Of a DNA stretch of 64,000 bases, positions 1-10,096 are shown piece by piece. The translations under genes and the position numbers were made by a program. The notes below the pieces were generated by a model. It did not search any database. It saw only the letters and a list, made by a program, of their open reading frames with translations, and was not told the DNA's origin. The stretch lies in assembly GCA_964472785.1 (NCBI GenBank), contig CAYYMH010000004.1:389-64388 (forward strand), in the 5' to 3' direction. Origin of the DNA: an uncultured Cytophagia bacterium. GTDB taxonomy: Bacteria > Zhuqueibacterota > Zhuqueibacteria > Thermofontimicrobiales > Thermofontimicrobiaceae. The stretch's first letter is position 1, and every line of letters begins with the position of its first letter.

Positions 1-164
1 AGAGTTTAGGATTAAATTTCAAAACCGCATCATCACACTAAAATTTACAAATTGAGTATTGAAATGTCTCTGTGCTTTCTATGTCTCTGTGGTATTTTTT
101 GTTGTCTGAATAGTCACTCTTCTCTTCATGTCTTTGAGACTTTGAGGCTAATCAGACCAGAACA

Positions 165-2528
165 TCAATAACTCAAATGCTCGGTCCGTTCAATGATCTC
201 ATTTTGCAAATCTTCCGTCAGGTCAACAAAATAATCACTGTAGCCTGCCACACGCACGATCAAGTCCCGATACTTTTCCGAATCTGCCTGCGCTTTTTTT
301 AAAGTATCCGCAGTCACCACATTAAATTGAATATGATGCCCATCCAATTTAAAATAGGTTCGAATTAAATGAACCAGCTTTTGAATTCCGGCATCCGTTT
401 CGAAAAACTGCGGTGAGAATTTTTGATTTAACAACGTCCCCCCTGTTCGAATATGATCGAGCTTAGCTGCTGATTTGATGACAGCCGTCGGTCCATTCCG
501 GTCTGCGGCCTGAACCGGAGAAATACCCTCTGATAACGGTTGGTTCGCTTTCCTGCCATCCGGAGTCGCACCAATCACGCTGCCAAAATAGACATGAACT
601 GTTGTCGGAAGAAAGTTAATCCGGAAAGTACCGCCCTTTGTCGTCGGGCGTCCATCCACCGCATTAAAAAACGCATCAAACACAAACTGTGTTAACTCAT
701 CCGCGTCATTTTCATCATTACCATATTTGGGCGTCTCGTCCAGCAGCTTCTGCAACAGCTTTTCGTGACCGATAAAATTTTCTTTCAGCCCCCTGAGCAT
801 CTCGGACATGTTTACCAGCTTTGTTTGAAACACATGATAGTTCAATGCTGACAAACAATCGGTGATGCTGCCAATTCCCACACCCTGAATGTATGCCGTG
901 TTGTATTTAGCGCCGCCAGCATTGTAATCCATACCTTTTTCAATGCAATCATCAATAATCAGTGACATAAATGGCGCCGGCATGTATTTGGCGTACAATT
1001 TTTCAATAATTAGATTGCCTTTAATTTTTATATCGATGAAGTGGTTCAGTTGTTTGTTGAACGCGGCTAATAAATCGTCGGTAGATTGAAACCCAATCGG
1101 CTTCCCGCTTTTCATACCGATTTTTTTCCCTGATTGCGGATCGACTCCATTATTCAGCGTAATTTCCAACACCTTGACCAGATTAAAATAGCCGGTCAAA
1201 ATATAACTCTCTTTTCCAAAGGCACCCGCTTCGACACATCCGCTGCATCCGCCGTTCCGTGCATCAACCAAATCTTTACCCTGTCTCACCAATTCCTGAA
1301 TAATCGCATCTGTATTAAAAATGGACGGTTGACCGAAGCCGGTTTTTATAATTTTCAGCGCTCTTTTGATCAATTGATCCGGATTCTTTTTGCTCAATTG
1401 CACCATAGAGCTGGGCTGCAGCAGACGCATTTCCTCGATTACGTCCAGGATTAAATAACTCAACTCATTGGTCGCATCATCGCCGTTTGCTGTGACGCCG
1501 CCGACATTGATCAGGCAAAAATCGGTGTAGGTATTGCTCTCCAGCGCTGTCACGCCAACTTTGGGCGGTGCAGGCTGATTATTGAATTTTATCCAGAATG
1601 CCTGCAAAAGTTCTCTGGCTTTCTCTTTGGTCAAAATACCTGTTTCGATATCTTGTTTGTAAAACGGATAAAGATGTTGATCCAGTCTGCCGGGATTGAA
1701 TGAATCCCAGGTGTTCAGTTCTGTAATCACGCCCAGATGGACGAACCAATAATATTGTAGCGCCTCATGAAACGTGTCCGGTTTATGCGCGGGCACTTTC
1801 TCGCAGATTGAGGCAATGGTTTCCAATTCCTGTTTTCGCCGGGGATCGTTTTCTGTTTCTGCCAATTCCTTTGCTCTCGCTGCGTGTCGCCGGGCAAAAA
1901 TGATCAACGCCTCTGCTGCGTTGTCCATGGCTTTCAATTGTTCCCGTTTTTCAAAAGCGTTGGGATCATTGAAAAAATCCAGCGAATCAATCTGGCTTGA
2001 AATTTCCTCTTTCAGTTCCAAAAAGCCTTTTTTGTAAATCTTATCCCCGGCCACTGAATGCCCCGGCGCCCGCTGTTCCATGAATTCAGTAAAAACACCG
2101 GCATCGTACGCGTCGATCCATTCCGCATCGACCTGTTCGAAAATCCGCTCCCTGATAGAACGACCTTTCCAGAACGGGATAATATCCTTTTCATAAACTT
2201 GTTTGGTTTCTTCGGAGACTGCATAGGCAATTTTGGGACGGGAATCCAAAATGTCCAGATTATTCAGGCTGTGAATACAAAGCTCCGGATAGGTCGGTGT
2301 GGCTTTGGGCGACGGACCGCGTTCGCCAACGATCAGTTCGTGGGGATTGATACAAATTTCTTTGTTTTCCAAAATATACTTGAACGCCAAGGCCCGGGCA
2401 ACAGGCACGGAAACAGTATCAGGTTTCCCACTCCGGTAAAACTCTGTGAGCAATTGTGCCCGCTCATGAGATATGGATGGTTTTGCATCGACAGACTGGT
2501 TTTTAAGTGTCTTTATTCTCTGATTCAT
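165..2528 (-). CDS. hypD: Glycyl radical enzyme, trans-4-hydroxy-L-proline dehydratase type
   Basis: 787 aa; RVAGYS glycyl loop and SGCVE Cys loop; HypD-type motifs EFMEQRAPGH, ELNTWDSFNPGR, ESNTYTDF, LTGYFN, LPTTxH. Confidence 0.85.
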   Translation of the reverse strand: MNQRIKTLKNQSVDAKPSISHERAQLLTEFYRSGKPDTVSVPVARALAFKYILENKEICINPHELIVGERGPSPKATPTYPELCIHSLNNLDILDSRPKIAYAVSEETKQVYEKDIIPFWKGRSIRERIFEQVDAEWIDAYDAGVFTEFMEQRAPGHSVAGDKIYKKGFLELKEEISSQIDSLDFFNDPNAFEKREQLKAMDNAAEALIIFARRHAARAKELAETENDPRRKQELETIASICEKVPAHKPDTFHEALQYYWFVHLGVITELNTWDSFNPGRLDQHLYPFYKQDIETGILTKEKARELLQAFWIKFNNQPAPPKVGVTALESNTYTDFCLINVGGVTANGDDATNELSYLILDVIEEMRLLQPSSMVQLSKKNPDQLIKRALKIIKTGFGQPSIFNTDAIIQELVRQGKDLVDARNGGCSGCVEAGAFGKESYILTGYFNLVKVLEITLNNGVDPQSGKKIGMKSGKPIGFQSTDDLLAAFNKQLNHFIDIKIKGNLIIEKLYAKYMPAPFMSLIIDDCIEKGMDYNAGGAKYNTAYIQGVGIGSITDCLSALNYHVFQTKLVNMSEMLRGLKENFIGHEKLLQKLLDETPKYGNDENDADELTQFVFDAFFNAVDGRPTTKGGTFRINFLPTTVHVYFGSVIGATPDGRKANQPLSEGISPVQAADRNGPTAVIKSAAKLDHIRTGGTLLNQKFSPQFFETDAGIQKLVHLIRTYFKLDGHHIQFNVVTADTLKKAQADSEKYRDLIVRVAGYSDYFVDLTEDLQNEIIERTEHLSY

Positions 2529-3334
2529 GCGCCCTCTTTTATGACAGCGATACCAAAAGATTCGAAAAGACTGACCACGTCGTCTATATTCATTGAAGAT
2601 GAGGAATCGGCAACAGGAAATAATTTTTTGCGCTGCAATTTTTTATATTTGCCTTCACCGAACTTGTTGTAAGGTAAAAACTCTACTGGTGGCGTGTAAT
2701 TTAGCGACGTTAAAAATTGTGCTATTTTTTCAAGGTTCAACTCATTAACGACAACATCCGGAATCAGCGGAATGCGAACAATGACATTTTCGTGGTCTGT
2801 TACAAGAGATTTTAAATTATTTTTTATAATCTGATTTGAGACACCCGTATATTTAAAATGTAAATTCTCATCATTAATTTTAAGATCATACAAGTACATA
2901 TCAACCAGCGAATTTATTTTTTTAAAAATCCAATATTCAGCGTACCCACACGTATCTACAGCGGTATGTATGCCGTCAGCTTTGCAGCGATGCAATAACC
3001 CGAAAAGAAAATTTTCCTGAAGCAGCGGTTCACCACCGGAAAAAGTCACTCCGCCGCTGGACTCTTCATAAAATAAAATATCTTTTCTGACCTCATCCAT
3101 CACTTCATCCACAGTGACGTGGGAGCCAATCTGATCCGGATTTTTTTTGATAAAAAGCGAACTGGTTTTTGATTGAAAATCACCACGCGGCTCGGGCTGC
3201 GCCTCCTGACTCTCCGGATTATGGCACCAAATGCATCGCAGCGGACATCCTTTCAAAAATACCGTGGTGCGAATTCCGGGTCCATCTTGGAGCGCAAACC
3301 GTTTAATATCAAAAATAATTCCCGTTGATTTCAT
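2525..3334 (-). CDS. Glycyl-radical enzyme activating enzyme (radical SAM)
   Basis: DGPGIRTTVFLKGCPLRCIWCHNPES (CxxxCxxC), GGVTFSGGEP; 4-bp overlap with the GRE start; start set at ATG 3334. Confidence 0.92.
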   Translation of the reverse strand: MKSTGIIFDIKRFALQDGPGIRTTVFLKGCPLRCIWCHNPESQEAQPEPRGDFQSKTSSLFIKKNPDQIGSHVTVDEVMDEVRKDILFYEESSGGVTFSGGEPLLQENFLFGLLHRCKADGIHTAVDTCGYAEYWIFKKINSLVDMYLYDLKINDENLHFKYTGVSNQIIKNNLKSLVTDHENVIVRIPLIPDVVVNELNLEKIAQFLTSLNYTPPVEFLPYNKFGEGKYKKLQRKKLFPVADSSSSMNIDDVVSLFESFGIAVIKEGA

Positions 3335-3401
3335 GCGTTTGTGAATTTTGAGCACTTATTTCGACTCGTGATGCAACTACATTTTTTTGAATTGAAAATA
3401 A

Positions 3402-3430
3402 AATTTATAAAATATTTATGCCAATGTCAA
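3402..3430 (-). promoter_or_regulatory. Candidate sigma70 promoter for activase-hypD
   Basis: TTGACA-N17-TAAATT on the minus strand. Confidence 0.45.
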
Positions 3431-3680
3431 TGAAAATTCGAGGCGCACGATAATCGAACTTTATATAAATTAAGGTGAAAATATTCATTTGGAAATTTTG
3501 TGGATAGCAAAGAGTACTCATTTAAATGGGCGCTTAATTCCTTCGAAACAAATAATAACAAAAAAAACCAGAGACCTCTAAAAATTTTGCTGGGGGGAAA
3601 CAAAATATTTATTCAGGCCTCTGGTTTATATGCAAAATATCTCTCTTTGGAGGGTACTATTAATATAACACAAACCCATA

Positions 3681-3719
3681 AAAAAAATGTGACACAGAAC
3701 ACTTTTGTGTCTTTTTTTT
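3681..3719 (-). terminator. Intrinsic terminator after ugd
   Basis: GACACAGAA-cac-TTTTGTGTC hairpin flanked by A and T tracts. Confidence 0.55.
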
Positions 3720-5055
3720 ACGGTTTTTTTATTAAATCTGATTTTATCCCAATACAATAATACTCAAAACCCAGGTCTTTCATTTCATCAGGCTCATAAA
3801 TATTTCGGCCATCGAAGATGACATTCCTCTTAAGCAATTTCTTAATCACTTTGAAATTCGGAAATCTAAATTCATGCCATTCTGTTATGATAACCAAGCA
3901 ATCCGCATCAAGGACAGCCTCGTAAGGATCCTTCGAATATTCTATTTTATCACCTAAAATTCTCTTTGCTTCTTCTTGTGCCTGGGGATCGTACGCTTTT
4001 ATTTTGCAACCGGACTCCAAAAGCTGCTCGATGACGACCAATGAGGGTGCTTCTCTCATATCATCTGTCTCCGGTTTAAAAGATAGCCCCCAGATACCGA
4101 TTGTTTTTCCTTTCAGGTCGTTTTGAAAATACGAGTTGACCTTTTGGACAAGAATCATTTTTTGATCTTTATTCACTTCCTCGACCGCTTTCAAAACCCG
4201 GAGATTATAATTATTTTCATCAGCTGTTTTTATTAATGCTTTCACATCCTTTGGAAAACAAGAGCCGCCATAACCACTGCCCGGATAGATAAACTTGTTG
4301 CCGATTCTGGTATCGCTGCCAATCCCTTTTCGTACAAGATTCACATTGGCGCCTACTATTTCACAAAGGTTGGCGATATCATTCATAAAGCTAATTTTGG
4401 TTGCCAACATCGCGTTAGCTGTATATTTCGTCATTTCCGATGATGCAATGTCCATAAAAACTATCGGATGTCCATTGAGCAAAAACGGTTTATAGAGCCG
4501 TTTCATAATTTCTTCAACTTTTTCAGAATCCAATCCGATTACAATTCTGTCCGGTTTTAAAAAATCTGCTACAGCAGAGCCTTCTTTTAAAAATTCAGGA
4601 TTGGAAGCCACATCAAATCCAAAATCAACGTTCCGTTTATTCAATTCTTCATTCACTGCATTTCTCACCTTTTCCGCTGTTCCCACAGGAACAGTACTTT
4701 TTGTCACCACAACCAAATAATCTTCCATATACCGACCGATATCATGGGCAACTTTGAGCACATGTTGCAAGTCTGCACTACCATCTTCATCCGGGGGTGT
4801 TCCCACTGCGATGAATACAACTTCGCAGCCTTTAATACTTTCGCTAATATCCGTCGTGAATGTCAATCTATCCTTTTCAACATTCCGCTCCAAAATTTCT
4901 TCCAAACCGGGTTCATAAATTGGCAAAATCCCTTTGTTCAGGTTTTCTATTTTTTTCTTATCAACATCAACGCACGTCACGTCGATTCCACTTTCAGCGA
5001 AACAGGTCCCTGTAACCAAACCAACATAACCCGTGCCAACAACAGAAATTTTCAT
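3718..5055 (-). CDS. ugd: UDP-glucose 6-dehydrogenase
   Basis: GTGYVG Rossmann motif, SNPEFLKEG, GYGGSCFPKD catalytic Cys, FKPETDDMRE. Confidence 0.95.
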   Translation of the reverse strand: MKISVVGTGYVGLVTGTCFAESGIDVTCVDVDKKKIENLNKGILPIYEPGLEEILERNVEKDRLTFTTDISESIKGCEVVFIAVGTPPDEDGSADLQHVLKVAHDIGRYMEDYLVVVTKSTVPVGTAEKVRNAVNEELNKRNVDFGFDVASNPEFLKEGSAVADFLKPDRIVIGLDSEKVEEIMKRLYKPFLLNGHPIVFMDIASSEMTKYTANAMLATKISFMNDIANLCEIVGANVNLVRKGIGSDTRIGNKFIYPGSGYGGSCFPKDVKALIKTADENNYNLRVLKAVEEVNKDQKMILVQKVNSYFQNDLKGKTIGIWGLSFKPETDDMREAPSLVVIEQLLESGCKIKAYDPQAQEEAKRILGDKIEYSKDPYEAVLDADCLVIITEWHEFRFPNFKVIKKLLKRNVIFDGRNIYEPDEMKDLGFEYYCIGIKSDLIKKP

Positions 5056-5542
5056 TCATACCTCCTAAAAATTGAGTGTGATAATATGTCGATAAACAAG
5101 CTGATCATATCACTTCAGTGACTTTTATTTTGTTTTTATTATAAGTTTCAAAATACCACAAAAATATTGCCAGTGCGTAAAAAATAATTTGTAACAAACA
5201 TACTGCTGTGCAGTTGCAATCACGATGAATTACAAAAATAATTTTTCATTATCGAACACGAAAAATCAGTTGAGAATTTAATAAATTTTATGATAATAGT
5301 CAATAAGAATCCATGCTTTCTTATTTGTCACTGTTACCTACAGCGGTAGGATTTGAAATATTCGAAAATCTGGTTGCGGGATTTAAATATCTTTTTGATC
5401 GGAAAGACCTGGTTATTTTATTGCATTTTCCCGAGGCAGAATAAACAAGCAGATTTTTTCCACAAAGCTCTATCTTTGTCTCAGATGATATATATTTGTC
5501 TTTTAGCCTATTTCTATTTTTGTTCCAGGCTTTTAAATTTCA

Positions 5543-7372
5543 TCAGTTTACTTCATACGCCGGCAATTTGATTTTCATGGTCGTCCCGACATTTTCTTTG
5601 CTCTCTACCTCTATTTTGCCTTTATGAAAATCAACAATTTGCTTAACGATTGACAACCCCAATCCGGTGCCCGGAATTGGTGTGCCGGAACGGTGAACAC
5701 GATAAAATTTGTCAAATATTCGGGATAAATCCTTTTCCGGTATGCCGATACCATTGTCCTTAATGAAAATCTTAACACTGTTTTCATTATTAGCCAACCG
5801 GACACTCAAGAGCCCTTTTTCTTGAGTAAACTTGATTGCATTTCCCAGTAAATTTACAAAAATTTGTTTAATCGCTTTCTTGTCAACATAAATTGGCTTC
5901 AAATCTTTATCAACCTCTTTCTTGATTTTTATTCCTTTCATTTTAGTCTGATGTTGAAATGTTTTTAATATTTCATCCACAATCGGCTCTAATTCAATTT
6001 TTTCAGGATTGTATAACGATCGACCTGCCTCAATCTTAGAAATGGACAGAATATCTTCGATGAGTTGGGACAATCGGATACTTTCTTTATAAATAATCTC
6101 TGTAAATTCCGTTTTGACTTCATCGATCATATTTTGATCTTTCAAAATCGTACTTGAAAATCCCAGAATTGAAGCCAAGGGAGTTCTCAATTCATGCGAT
6201 ACATTTGATACAAAATCGTTTTTCATCTGTTCAATTTCTTTTTGTTTGGTGAAATCTTTAATAATAAATACTTTCCCTGCAGAATGGCCATCCACATCCA
6301 AAAACGACGTACCAGTAACCAATAATACCCGTTGTATCGGTTTTACAACGCACAATTCAAAATTTGTAAAAGTCGATTGGTGTAATCTCTCCAACAACTC
6401 TTGACCGCTATTCTGACAATTTACCAAAACATCTTGCAAATTAAGGGCGGATTGCTCTTGAGGAAGATTTCCCAGTAATTGTAACGCACGACTGTTAATT
6501 TTCATAATGGTCAGTTGTTCATCAATCACAACCACACCATCGCCCATGCTTTGCAGAATGATGTCAAGCCGTTCTTTGCTCTGGCGAACCTGATTTTCTG
6601 AACGCTTGCGCTCCGATATATCCCGCTGGATAAATACCCACTGCTTAATCGACTTCATATTTTGCGATACAGGCTGCATAGAGAACTCGACCCAAAAAGG
6701 CGTGCCGTTCTTTTTATAAAAAATCATTTCTGTGGACATGCCTGTTTCTTGTTTGAAATTTTCCCGAATCCGTTCTATCCGTTTCTGGTCTGTCCTTTCT
6801 CCGAATAATTGATGCATAGATTTCCCGGCGATTTCTTTCAAACCGTAACCGCTCATTTTTTCAAAAGCTTTGTTCACAAAAATTATTTGATCTTGTAACC
6901 CCTTTGACAAATCCACTTCAATGATGATGACCGCATCGAAAGCATGAAGCACGGCAGATTCGAGAACCTTTACTCTGGTATGGTCCAATGCGGCTTGTTT
7001 CTGTTTGAGCGCGTTTTCAACCGTGACCGGAAGAACAGTTAGATAATGTCGATCCGGATCTTTAATCAGATAATCGTAAGCACCGGATTTCATTGCCCGT
7101 ACAGCAATCTCTTCGTCGCCGGTACCGGTTGTGATAATAATTGATGAATTATTGATATATTTAAAAATATCAAACGCTGTGCCATCGCCAAGAAAATAAT
7201 CTGTAATTACGACATCGAACTGTTTTTCGCTAAGAATGCCTTGTGCCTCACGGAAAGAACTGACAATTTCATATTCATAATTTAGTCCATTTTGTTCCAC
7301 AAATCTCTGGAAAGCTAATTGGTCAACTTTGTCATCCTCAACCAATAAAACTGAATATTTACCATTTTTCAT
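5543..7372 (-). CDS. REC-PAS-PAS histidine kinase
   Basis: N-terminal receiver (VEDD, ITD, YLIK), PAS/PAC, SHELRTPL H-box, NLLGNAIKF, DNGIG, GTGLGL. Confidence 0.9.
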   Translation of the reverse strand: MKNGKYSVLLVEDDKVDQLAFQRFVEQNGLNYEYEIVSSFREAQGILSEKQFDVVITDYFLGDGTAFDIFKYINNSSIIITTGTGDEEIAVRAMKSGAYDYLIKDPDRHYLTVLPVTVENALKQKQAALDHTRVKVLESAVLHAFDAVIIIEVDLSKGLQDQIIFVNKAFEKMSGYGLKEIAGKSMHQLFGERTDQKRIERIRENFKQETGMSTEMIFYKKNGTPFWVEFSMQPVSQNMKSIKQWVFIQRDISERKRSENQVRQSKERLDIILQSMGDGVVVIDEQLTIMKINSRALQLLGNLPQEQSALNLQDVLVNCQNSGQELLERLHQSTFTNFELCVVKPIQRVLLVTGTSFLDVDGHSAGKVFIIKDFTKQKEIEQMKNDFVSNVSHELRTPLASILGFSSTILKDQNMIDEVKTEFTEIIYKESIRLSQLIEDILSISKIEAGRSLYNPEKIELEPIVDEILKTFQHQTKMKGIKIKKEVDKDLKPIYVDKKAIKQIFVNLLGNAIKFTQEKGLLSVRLANNENSVKIFIKDNGIGIPEKDLSRIFDKFYRVHRSGTPIPGTGLGLSIVKQIVDFHKGKIEVESKENVGTTMKIKLPAYEVN

Positions 7373-7404
7373 AACAACGACCCTTTTTCAGTTTCAGATA
7401 AATT

Positions 7405-8388
7405 TTATTTTTCTTCAAAGATTAAATCCGGATACAATTCCTTCGTGCATTCAGGACAAATACTGTGACTGAAATCGACTTCGGCGTGTGCTTTAATATA
7501 TTGTTCAATTTGGTTCCAGTATCCCTTGTCATCGCGAATTTTTTTACATGAGGCGCAAATCGGCAAAAGTCCGCTGAGTGTTTTCACTTTTGCAAGCGCC
7601 TCTCTCAATGCAATCACAAGCTGTTTAATTTCTGCTTCTGCTTTTTTTCGATCGGTAATATCTCTCAGTACATGCACGACTGCCTTTTTGTTGCCATCTT
7701 TGTCCTCAACTGTAGATTGAGAAAGAGATATCGGGAATTGGTATCCGTCTTTTCTTACGCTAAAAAATTCATCTTTCAATTGAATGTTCAAATCTGCGTT
7801 TTCGGCTTTTTCCCTCTCTTTCTTCCTGTTTGTTATTTTAAGCTGAACCCGACTCTTTTTCCCAACAATCTCATTGCGGTTATAACCATAAGTTTCGACA
7901 AAGGAATCATTGACAAAAATAATATGATCGTTCATGTCTGTAATGTAAACGCTGTCCTTGGTAGATTTTACAGCCTGCGACAGTATGTCCAGTTCCTGCT
8001 GCACTTTCTGGTGTTTGATGGCGTTCTCAACAATGACAGGAAGCACTTTCAAGTGATTATATTCCAGATCCTTAATAAGATAATCATACGCACCTTCCCG
8101 CATGGCTTGAACTGCAATATCCTCACCTCCGGCGCCGGTGATAATAATCACCGGGATTTTTTTCATCAAATTAAACACATCGAAAACCGTGCCATCACCC
8201 AAATTATAATCTGCAACGATGATATCGAATTGATGATGTGGCAAAATTTCATTTACTTCTTTTACACTATTAGCAATACGATATGTATAAGGCAAATTAT
8301 CCTTTTTGACAAATCGCTCAAAAGCCATCTGATCCAGTTTATCATCTTCAATCAACAATAATTTCAAACCAATTCGTTTCTCTGTCAT
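7405..8388 (-). CDS. REC-PAS protein with C-terminal Cys/His-rich motif
   Basis: Receiver plus PAS; tail LPICASCKKIRDDKGYW...FSHSICPEC; start set at ATG 8388. Confidence 0.85.
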   Translation of the reverse strand: MTEKRIGLKLLLIEDDKLDQMAFERFVKKDNLPYTYRIANSVKEVNEILPHHQFDIIVADYNLGDGTVFDVFNLMKKIPVIIITGAGGEDIAVQAMREGAYDYLIKDLEYNHLKVLPVIVENAIKHQKVQQELDILSQAVKSTKDSVYITDMNDHIIFVNDSFVETYGYNRNEIVGKKSRVQLKITNRKKEREKAENADLNIQLKDEFFSVRKDGYQFPISLSQSTVEDKDGNKKAVVHVLRDITDRKKAEAEIKQLVIALREALAKVKTLSGLLPICASCKKIRDDKGYWNQIEQYIKAHAEVDFSHSICPECTKELYPDLIFEEK

Positions 8389-8410
8389 TGGATTAAATTC
8401 CCGCAGCTGA

Positions 8411-8827
8411 TTATTCAGGTAACTCACTCAATGTCCAATACATGTTAATCGTTCGCATCGTCTCAACAAACTGCATATAATCGACCGGCTTGATCATGTA
8501 TCCGGCTACTCCCAATTCAAAACTCTCTATTTTATCCTGTTCCTCTTTTGAAGTGGTCAGCACGACCACAGGAATTCGCTTTAATTTCGCTTCGCTTTTT
8601 ACAATTTTTAAAAATTCTAACCCGTTCATCTTGGGCATATTTAAATCCAGCAAAATAATTCCCGGATTATCATGACCGGAATTGGTTAAAAATTCCATTG
8701 CTTCCTCACCATTACCAACCGTATGCAGCGGATTTGTGACACGAATATCTTTTAAGGCGCGCTTTACTGTCATTGCGTCAACGACATCATCCTCGACCAG
8801 CAATATACTTCGTGAATTTCTCATCAT
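8411..8827 (-). CDS. Single-domain response regulator (Rcp1-like)
   Basis: VEDD, LLDLNMPKMNG, LTTS, KPVD, YW tail. Confidence 0.92.
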   Translation of the reverse strand: MMRNSRSILLVEDDVVDAMTVKRALKDIRVTNPLHTVGNGEEAMEFLTNSGHDNPGIILLDLNMPKMNGLEFLKIVKSEAKLKRIPVVVLTTSKEEQDKIESFELGVAGYMIKPVDYMQFVETMRTINMYWTLSELPE

Positions 8828-8865
8828 GTGTTCCCCATGTTATGTGCGTTTCTCCAGTCCGTTAT

Positions 8866-10074
8866 TTAATTTTCAACCGGTTGACTCTCTGCAACCGCTG
8901 ATTTTGGAAAAGTAAAAGAAAATGTGCTCCCCTTGCCCACTTCCGATTCAACCCAGACTTTTCCACCGTACATCTCAACAATTTTTTTGACCAGCGATAA
9001 TCCGACACCGGTACTCTCAATTTCATCCCGCGGTGCCAGCGTCTGAAATATTTGAAATATTTTCTTATAATGTTTCGAATCAATTCCCGGACCGTTGTCA
9101 GTAACATTGAATACCCATTGCTCCTCTTCTTCTTTGGACGAAATTTTAATCAAACCTTTTTCCTTGTCCATATATTTGACCGCATTTGATATTAGATTTT
9201 GAAAAACCTGTTCGATGCGGGTGTTCTCTGCAAATATTGTTGGAAAATGGTTTTCAACTTCAATGTGAATGTTTTTCGGCGGATCAATCATTTCGATTAC
9301 GTTATTAACCAACGTCCCCAGCTCAACACTTACATATTCCTCTTTCACACGACCGACGCGCGAATATTTCAGCACACCATCGATTAAATTATGCATACGT
9401 TTTACACGACCTAACAGCAACTCCATCAGCTCCTGCCCTTTGGAATCCAGTTTATCCTGGTAATCACAGGACAACCAATTCACCAGAGAGCTGATCGCAC
9501 GCAACGGCGCTTTCAAATCGTGGGACACAATGTAGGCGAATTCCTTTAAATCCTGATTCCTACTGGCTAATTCATCCGCCTGCTTTTGCAGCAGTTTCTC
9601 TTTTTTTTGAAGTTCCAGAAAAGCAGCGTTCAGCTCAGTAACTTTGTGCTCAAGTTCAAGTGACTGTTCTTTAATTACTTTGCGTTGATTATACAGGTCG
9701 AGAAATACATTTACTTTCGATTTGAGAATCTCCGGATCGAGCGGTTTGAATAAATAATCAACTGCACCTGTTTCATAACCTTTGAACACATATTTTTGAT
9801 CTTTGTTAATGGCGGTTACAAAAATAATCGGAATGTTTTTTGTTTTTTTGTTTCCGCGGATGAGTTCGGCAGTTTCAAAGCCATCCATATCCGGCATCTG
9901 CACATCCATCAAAATCAGGGCAAAGTCGTGCTCCAAAATCAGGGAAAGCGCTTCGTTCCCTGACCGCGCCTTGAATAAAATCAATTGGGGATCATCTAAA
10001 ATTCCCTCCAGTGCGACTAAATTTTCTGCCTTATCATCAACCAACAAAACATTCGTTTTTCTTCTGTCAGTCAT
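8866..10074 (-). CDS. REC-histidine kinase (phytochrome-type HisKA/HATPase, no photosensory module)
   Basis: Receiver, then FAYIVSHDLKAPL, QVFQNLISNAVKY, DNGPG, STGVGL; AGGAG RBS before ATG 10074. Confidence 0.9.
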   Translation of the reverse strand: MTDRRKTNVLLVDDKAENLVALEGILDDPQLILFKARSGNEALSLILEHDFALILMDVQMPDMDGFETAELIRGNKKTKNIPIIFVTAINKDQKYVFKGYETGAVDYLFKPLDPEILKSKVNVFLDLYNQRKVIKEQSLELEHKVTELNAAFLELQKKEKLLQKQADELASRNQDLKEFAYIVSHDLKAPLRAISSLVNWLSCDYQDKLDSKGQELMELLLGRVKRMHNLIDGVLKYSRVGRVKEEYVSVELGTLVNNVIEMIDPPKNIHIEVENHFPTIFAENTRIEQVFQNLISNAVKYMDKEKGLIKISSKEEEEQWVFNVTDNGPGIDSKHYKKIFQIFQTLAPRDEIESTGVGLSLVKKIVEMYGGKVWVESEVGKGSTFSFTFPKSAVAESQPVEN

Positions 10075-10096
10075 CTCGCTGCTCCTAAATTTTGAG

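Noticed and set aside
5337-5350. CCTAC-AGCG-GTAGG as an ops/JUMPstart element for ugd
   Set aside because: Imperfect match and on the strand opposite to ugd.
8411-10074. Bacteriophytochrome light sensing (Rcp1-like regulator plus phytochrome-type kinase)
   Set aside because: No PAS-GAF-PHY photosensory module or heme oxygenase is present.
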